This document shows positions 57,301-64,000 of a DNA stretch of 64,000 bases, piece after piece. Each line of letters begins with the position of its first letter. Position 1 is the stretch's first letter. Source of the DNA: Thraustochytrium aureum (taxonomy: Eukaryota); assembly GCA_012862495.1 (NCBI GenBank), contig BLSG01000073.1:143010-207009 (forward strand), given 5' to 3'. The translations under genes were made by a program, and so were the position numbers. Below the pieces are notes generated by a model. That model was not told the origin of the DNA. It did no database searches and was given only the letters and a program-made list of their open reading frames with translations.

Positions 57301-58817
57301 GTGTTTCTGTCCACCCACTCGGCACCGCGAGTGGCGCGCTCCGTCTCGTGGATGTGGACGGTCTGGAACCTGGAGCCTGCCACAACTTGAGTGCGAGTCT
57401 CGCGATCGTCGGCAACCGAAGACGGCTCGTTGGCGGGCGCCTTTCGCTTGCCGATGCAGCAACTGGCAAGAACGTAGCGATGTTGGAGGCTGGACAACTC
57501 GCACCAGCGCTGGTCGGCGTGGACCTCAGGAACTTGACGCAGTCGCACGAGGGAAAGGCGGTCGGGCTAGTGTGGACATTTGAGCCCCCGCGGTGCGTCG
57601 ACTCGAAGACACTCAATGCTCGGGTGGAGCTACGCCTTTCTGACTCGTGTTGGGGCCACGAGAACGGCAGTGCCACGGTCTTGCTAGAGCTGGAAACCTC
57701 ATGCGACCTGCTGTCCTACCCCACAGGAACCGTGGTGCATTTGGCATACGTGATGAGCGGGATGAACATTGGAATGGCGGTTTGCTTGCTGGCATTGGTG
57801 GTCCTGTATCGGCGCAACATCGTGATCAGGGCCGCCCAGGTCGAATTTTTGGTTCTCGTCTGTGTCGGTGCGGCAATTTCGTCCTCGGCGATATTGACGC
57901 TTACCATCGATGACCGCGCGGGCGACACTTATGCAAACGAGCAAGGCGGCAACGCGAGCGCTGACGCAGCGTGCCAGGCTGGCTTATGGCTCTACTGTCT
58001 GGGCTTTATGGCTACACTAGGTCCGCTGTTCATGAAGCTCCATAGAATCAAGCGCCTCCTCCAGCCCGTGGTGAACTCTACGCCAAGCGCCCCAACCAAC
58101 AACGCAGAGAGGAAAAGCGACTCGACGAGTCGCGTGCTCCTCATCACGTTTCTCCTCTGCTTCGTCGACATCCTCCTCTGCTTTGTTTGGAGCCAGGTGG
58201 ACGGGTTGAGGTACACGCGCGAGTCGGTTCAGCCTGGTGTGCCGATCACAGAAGGCAAGTCTGCGGGGTTGTGCAGGTCAACGTGGGGTGAGCCTGTGTT
58301 TTTGGGCCTGATTGGGACCTACCACCTTTTCATTCTCTTGTGGGGGGCGTGGACGTCGACACAGATCAACGTTGGCGGCAAAAGCAAGGAGTTTATGGAC
58401 TTTGTGCATCTCACGCACGAGGGCCGGTACGTTCGCGTGGCGATAATCGGGGGCCTGCAGATCATGATCCTGAGCGTTCCGCTCAGCTTCGTGGCCACCA
58501 GCCCGGAGAGCATCATGTTCATTCGCTCAGGAGTCATCTTCCTGCAGGACGCATCAATCCTTTTTTTCCTGTTCGTTCCCAAGCTCCTCCTCCTGTTTGG
58601 CATCGAACACAACTCTGTGACTTTGCATGCAGCGTCAAGTGCGAGCGTGGTTCCGAACGACGCGACTCGACCACGGCGTGACACGCTGGGCTCGCTAAAG
58701 TTTGGCTCTAAACTGCCCAAGCACAAGAAGCCGGTGGACTCTGGCCCAGCCTTTATAAGCACATGTGCCTCGGAAGCAGGTTTCGGTGCCCCGCGCTCGG
58801 AAGTCAATGACGTCTAG
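54319..58817 (+). CDS. Class C (GABA-B-like, 7tm_3) GPCR with large modular ectodomain; frameshift just after the ATG, intron 56808-57104
   Basis: Signal peptide M(A)LVGRAAIVIAACVSAPAGLAEA after adding one G; 7TM VIRAAQVEFLVLVCVG...CQAGLWLYCLGF...FMKLHRI...EGRYV...LFVPKL; LamG-like FTIAFWF...WVHTSLSW...GELDELCV; cadherin/Big_9-like NLAPRA..EDT...DVDGD...YVPSANFAGEDSFKFSV. Confidence 0.8.
56808..57104 (+). other. Spliceosomal intron (contains an N-gap)
   Basis: GTACGT donor, ACTAAC branch site at ~57072, CTCTCGCAG acceptor; phase-0 join FKFSVS|DCAYF. Confidence 0.75.
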
Positions 58818-59135
58818 CGCCCTATCGAGCTCGTAGGGCGATCCCAGCGAGTAGGTAGAGCTAGTAGTAGAGTAANNNNNNNNNNNNNNNNNNNNNNNNN
58901 NNNNNNNNNNNNNNNNNNNNNNNNNNNNNNNNNNNNNNNNNNNNNNNNNNNNNNNNNNNNNNNNNNNNNNNNNNNNNNNNNNNNNNNNNNNNNNNNNNNN
59001 NNNNNNNNNNNNNNNNNNNNNNNNNNNNNNNNNNNNNNNNNNNNNNNNNNNNNNNNNNNNNNNNNNNNNNNNNNNNNNNNNNNNNNNNNNNNNNNNNNNN
59101 NNNNNNNNNNNNNNNNNGCTATTCCGCGTTGTCAC

Positions 59136-59245
59136 TTTGTTGCGTGTCCTGAAGGAGCGAGCAGCCCAGCCTGACGATCGAGCAGTCAGTTTGTTGCGTC
59201 TCCTGAAGGAGCGAGCAGCTCAGCCTGACGCGATCGAGCAGTCAT
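59136..59245. repeat. Imperfect ~53-bp tandem duplication
   Basis: TTTGTTGCGTSTCCTGAAGGAGCGAGCAGCYCAGCCTGACG...ATCGAGCAGTCA x2. Confidence 0.8.
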
Positions 59246-60200
59246 CAGTCGTTCTTGTCCTTGTTGCAACCCTTATCAGTGGAGATGGAGTCGCCAGAGT
59301 TTGCGCAACGCGGGATGGACCCGTCACGCTCATATCAGTGCGAGCCAACCGGCACGCGACGTCTCCTGGTGCTGGATGAGACTGATCGTGATGCGCGGAT
59401 GGATCGGAAATGGACCACTGAGGCTGGCATCATGCGTTGACGAGATCAGATGACTCTCGGTGGAAGCAGAGTCAACAGGGGATCCAGTCCAGCACAGCCG
59501 GATCCTCCTCAAGTTGGTCCTCGCAAGCCACTCACTCCTCTCCAGCGAGCGCTCCCCAGTCCCTCGCGCGCGCGCGTGGATCGCCCCGCGCCTTGAACAG
59601 CACCCTGATCGTCCGGCCCTCCGCTGGGATTTCCAGATTACTTTAGCACGCGCGCGCCGCGGCGGACCCGCAAAAGGCTCTCCACACCGGCCAACATCGA
59701 TCACCTGGACGCACTGCGGGTCAGGTGGCGTTGGGTTAGGGCGCTGGGTTAGGTCGGACGCGGTGGTTGTTGACCAAGGCGGCCGAGCAGAAGCCCTTCG
59801 AAGCAGCGCGGCGCGCCCAAGGAGCGGCAGGACCCGCAGCGGCAAGGGAGGCGTGCAGGCGCGCGTGCGTGCGTGTCTCCGTGCGCGCGTGAGTGCGCGC
59901 GCGCGTGCGTGCGTTCGTGTCTACGTGCGCGCGGCACTGCAGCGGCTACTGCTGCGTTTGTCGCTGCTGCTGGCAGGCAGGTGCAGGCGGTGCTGGGGAA
60001 GGGCAGACACAAGGCGCCGGGGCTCTTGCCACGCGACGGAAGTCGAGGCCACGGCGAGCGCGCGGGTGGTGGTCGTTTGGCGCAGCGGGGCCGAGGCGAG
60101 GGCTGGAGGGGGCCTGGGGGCAGAGGGGGAAGAGCGCTGTGCCGCAGAGCGCGACAGTGCAGGGCGAGTGCGGCCAAGCGCGGCGCGCACGCAGCTGAAG

Positions 60201-61641
60201 ATGGCGCAGCAAGGCAAGGGCGACATGTTTGACTTCGACCTGCTGATGCCCGGCGACGTGGTCGATGGGAACGGGCTCTTCCTCGAGGAGCCGATCAACC
60301 AGCAAGGACAGAGCCTGTACTACAACCACCAAGCGATGGGGGGGTACAACTCACACTACAACGCGATGTCGGCAAGCAGCAACAACGGCGGGTCGCCGGT
60401 GCCAGGTTCCGGCCCGGCGCCGGCGCCTCCCGCCCCGCTCTCCCGGGGATGGGTCAGACGAGGACAACAGCGAAGGCGCAACCGGGGGGAAGAAGCGCGA
60501 GAAAGACGAGGACGACGACCAGAAGAAAGCGAAGCGGCGCAAGCAGATCGCCGCCGCCTCCAGGATGAGCCGCGCGCGGCGAAAGCGCGAGCTCGAGGAC
60601 CTGCGCGACGAGAACGAGCGTCTCCGGGAGGAGCGGTCGCAGTTCCTGGCCAAGATTGGCGAACTGCAGCTCAAAGTGGAGTCGCTCCGCGAGCAGGGCT
60701 CGAGCGACATGCGCGTCGAGAACGAGCTGCTGCGCGCCCAGCTCGAGGAGCACAAGCGCTTCGTGTCCTGCTTCAAGCGGCTGAGCGAGGGCGCCCCAAG
60801 CTCGACCAACGCGCGGCATGCGATATACAAACAGGGCGCCGACACTTCGCACGCGCACGTGCTCGGGTTGATCTCGCAGAGCCAGGCCGACGACTGGCAG
60901 CAGGCCACGGTGCCGCTGGAAGCGGACCTGCCATACCAGAACTTTTCCGTGTTTTACAAGTTTAAAGACGAGTTTGGCAGCGAGAAGGCGGCTGCGACGG
61001 CCGCGGCGGCGGCGGCTGCCACTGGGCAACCCTTGGACGTCAAGCCCAAGATGCGGCGGAGGCTCAACGTGCGCGTGGACGTGCTTTTCCCCGGCATCGA
61101 CGCGAGCTCGTTGAGCGACTTTTTCTGGGAGAGCTTTAGCAACACCGCGACGCAGCAGCGGCTTTACAGCGTCAAGGGCGTCGAGGTCACGCAGCTCACA
61201 GACGACATGCCCGACGCCAACACCAAGATGCTCTACTACCGCGAGCGGTGGGACGGCGAGAAGGACCAAGACCTGGTGCTCATCTGCAACCGGCGCCGCA
61301 AGGAGCTGGCCAAGTCGACGCTCGCGCTGCCGCACTCGAGCAAGTCCAAGCCGGCGGTCGGCAAAGTGGCCGCGATGGTGATGGCCATGAGCACAACGCA
61401 GCACTCGGCCGCGCCAGAGTACGAGAACGCAAACCGCATCACAAGTTTGTTTGTGCAGGGCGCGGTGATGTGGAACGTGATGGCCGACTCGCGCCTGTGC
61501 GTCGTTTTCAGCTTCCCCGACAATATCCGTCTCAAGGCGATCGAGAAGATTGATGACGTGATTCAGGACGGCTGCATCACGCACAAATTTGTAGACATCC
61601 TTCGATCCTACCGTCAGGAGCTTGGCCAGCGCATGTCCTGA
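60201..61641 (+). CDS. bZIP transcription factor with putative START/SRPBCC-like C-terminal domain; frameshift at ~60443
   Basis: Basic region KRRKQIAAASRMSRARRK followed by heptads LEDLRDENERLREERSQFLAKIGELQLKVESL. The N-terminal acidic/aromatic segment MAQQGKGDMFDFDLL is in the adjacent frame. Confidence 0.8.
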
Positions 61642-62256
61642 CCCGGCGGCCAGGTGCGGTGGACCTTGGCCCTGACCGGGGTCTGGGCCGTCTGGGGGGT
61701 GTGACCTGTTCTGAATTGACGAGCGCTCTTGGCGTTCTGCAGTGTTGCCGACCGGCCGCACTCTTGCCAGCGCTTTCGAAGGAGGAAAGGCCTTTTTGCG
61801 CGCACAGCGACTGCTGGGCACTGCGCGAGGAAGGTGCGCGCTAGCGTTGAGCATCGCGCGCCTTGGAGCATGGCACAGGGAGCGGCGGCAACAATCGTGT
61901 TGTTTCCGTTGCAAGAGTGCGTGCAGGACGGCGTACCGTCGCGGAGACGGACTGCGTGTTGTGTTTCGAAGAGCGTGAGCTGCAAGCTCCAGCAGGGGCT
62001 TCCCAGCGGTCGCAGTCGCTGAGCGCGCACGGCACGTTGGAGGCACGGACCGGACCGGACCGGACCGCTTCGCTAAGCGATACAATATCTATCATACATA
62101 GCACAAAGAAGGCCAAGAAAATTGACAAAAAGTGATACACATTGAGGTTTTTGCCGCTTGCGGTGCTCAGGCCGCGACGAAAGCGCCTCGGAAAATAAAC
62201 GTCGCAGTTGTTCGCAGGCGGGTGTCCGACAACAACAAAATGGTGGTGGTGGGAAC

Positions 62257-64000
62257 CTACACGTCCGGAAGCGGCTTGGCGTTCTCAGGCGGGGAAGTGT
62301 CCACGACGAAGTGGGTCACGGCAAGGCGGCCGCGCGGCCCCATTCCCGGCGGCGGCCCAGGCCGACCGAGGTGCAGCGGGGCCAGCGACCCGCGCGAGGG
62401 GCTGCCGGCGAACAGCGCCGGGGGGGGTCGAGGTGCGGCTTGGCGAATTGCCCCAGCTGCATTGCAGCGGCGGGTTGCGCATGGGGTGGGGCAGCTGCGG
62501 CAGCGCCGGGCGAGCGCTTCTTCTCGCCGCCTGTCTTTCTGCGGGGCTTGTCCTTGGCCTTTGGTCTGGAGGAGCTCACCTTGAAGAAATCGGGCGCCAC
62601 GCTGAGGTCGAGCTCGCTGTGCTGCTCCGCCTTGGCCCCTGACGAGGCGGAGGAGGTCGTCGAGGCAGACACCGAGCTGCGCACCGAGCCCCGGCGGAGG
62701 ACAGGCCCCTTGTCCTCAAACCCAGGCGGCGGGAGAACGAGAGGAGGCCCGCTCGGCTGGGACAGTCGGCGGCGCTCAGCACCAACCCTGCTCGAGATGT
62801 CAAGCACAGGCGCTTGCTTTGACGGTTGCGCAGTCGCTTTGCCGCTGAGTGGCGCGGCCTTGACGAGGACAGAGAACACGTGAAACGAACCGCGCATCAC
62901 GCCACCGATGCCGCGCCTCGAACGCTCATCCTCCATGTGATCCGCAACAGCCTCTGGCGTGGTTTCAGCGAGATCGACAGCGCGCTTGCGCTGTTTCTTC
63001 GCAAACGGAGCAAAGCCGAAGATCGACCCTCGCGCTGAGGAAGTCTCTGACATTCTGGAGGCACTGCGGGCGTCTTCGCTGTTCGAGGCAGCGGACTCGA
63101 GGCGTTCCCAGCGCCCGCCTCCGGACATCTCCGAGTTGGGCCGGCCCAGTGGAGCACTCGCGCCAGTCACGCTAAACGAAGCAAAGTACGACCGCGCTCG
63201 GCCCATTGTGCCGTTCTGCCTGCTGGAGCTGGAGCTGGAGAAGGACGAGAGCGACGAGAAGGACGAGAAGCTCGAGTGCCCGTCGCTNNNNNNNNNNNNN
63301 NNNNNNNNNNNNNNNNNNNNNNNNNNNNNNNNNNNNNNNNNNNNNNNNNNNNNNNNNNNNNNNNNNNNNNNNNNNNNNNNNNNNNNNNNNNNNNNNNNNN
63401 NNNNNNNNNNNNNNNNNNNNNNNNNNNNNNNNNNNNNNNNNNNNNNNNNNNNNNNNNNNNNNNNNNNNNNNNNNNNNNNNNNNNNNNNNNNNNNNNNNNN
63501 NNNNNNNNNNNNNNNNNNNNNNNNNCGCTTTCGATCCTCCTGTTTTGTCGCGCGCAGAAATGCAGCGCACGCGGCCCGCACCTTGTACCGGATGCGGGGC
63601 AAGAGAGCCGGGCTCGAGCCGGCGCTGTTCACTGTGAACGTCGACTCGGGGACTGCAGGCTCGGACAGCTGCAATTCTTGTTGGTGATCCGCGTCCAGGT
63701 TCCCGTCTAAGGCGACGGATTCGGGTCGGGAGGCCTGAGGCCCCGCGCTGTGTCGAGCGCCTTTTGCGCTATGTCTGCCGTGGCTAGCTTCGTTGCCGCC
63801 GCCTCTGAGCTCTTCGTTGAGCGCGCTGCGTCTCCGTCTCAGCGTGTGCGCTCCCCATTTCTCCTTGAGTTTCTCTCGCGCCTCTCGAATCCTCACTCTG
63901 ACGGCGTCCATCTGCGCATCCACCAAACGGCGCGCCTTTGCACGTGTTCCCCTGCCGCTCTTCGCGGTCCACGCCGCCGAGTCCTGCTCAAGCCGCGCTC
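62257..64000 (-). CDS. Uncharacterised Ser/Pro-rich protein, 5' end beyond the window; probable frameshift in G-run at ~62420
   Basis: Frame open from the window end (ARLEQDSAAW...RVRIREAREKL) to 62316; adding one base extends it to ...NAKPLPDV stop at 62257. No recognisable domain. Confidence 0.45.

Noticed and set aside
60400..60460. HAC1/XBP1/bZIP60-type unconventional intron explaining the bZIP frameshift (tempting given the tRNA ligase)
   Set aside because: The shift lies upstream of the bZIP rather than downstream, I see no paired IRE1 CNGxxG stem-loops, and similar indels occur throughout the window.
1..64000. Transposons, viral insertions, rRNA/tRNA genes, prokaryotic operons or defence systems
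   Set aside because: No transposase, reverse transcriptase, integrase or capsid motifs, terminal repeats or RNA-gene signatures were seen. Content of the N-gaps cannot be assessed.

Overview
Eukaryotic nuclear DNA, GC-rich, gene-dense and almost intron-free (two GT-AG introns are supportable), interrupted by many N-gaps. Gene content and style suggest a heterotrophic protist, probably a stramenopile such as a labyrinthulomycete; this is inference only. About 24 protein-coding loci are visible. Housekeeping genes: QCR7, RNASEH2B, ALDH12/P5CDH, an LSD1-like amine oxidase, NDUFS7, MsrA, CtIP/Sae2 and CLP1. Unusual architectures: a complete plant-type (AtRNL-like) trifunctional tRNA ligase; a head-to-head paralog pair encoding ~4 TM helices plus two tandem CRAL-TRIO/Sec14 domains; a stand-alone P-type ATPase actuator-domain protein lacking membrane helices; a class C GPCR-like receptor with a non-Venus-flytrap ectodomain; a bZIP with Ile at the invariant Asn position and a START-like C-terminus; a MIT-Tudor-DH-PH-WW RhoGEF; and a MUC1-like PTS-SEA-TM mucin. 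At least 11 genes carry single-base frameshifts, mostly at short homopolymers, most likely assembly indel errors. No rRNA, tRNA, CRISPR array or recognisable transposase was found. All domain calls come from motif recognition by eye; no database searches were run.
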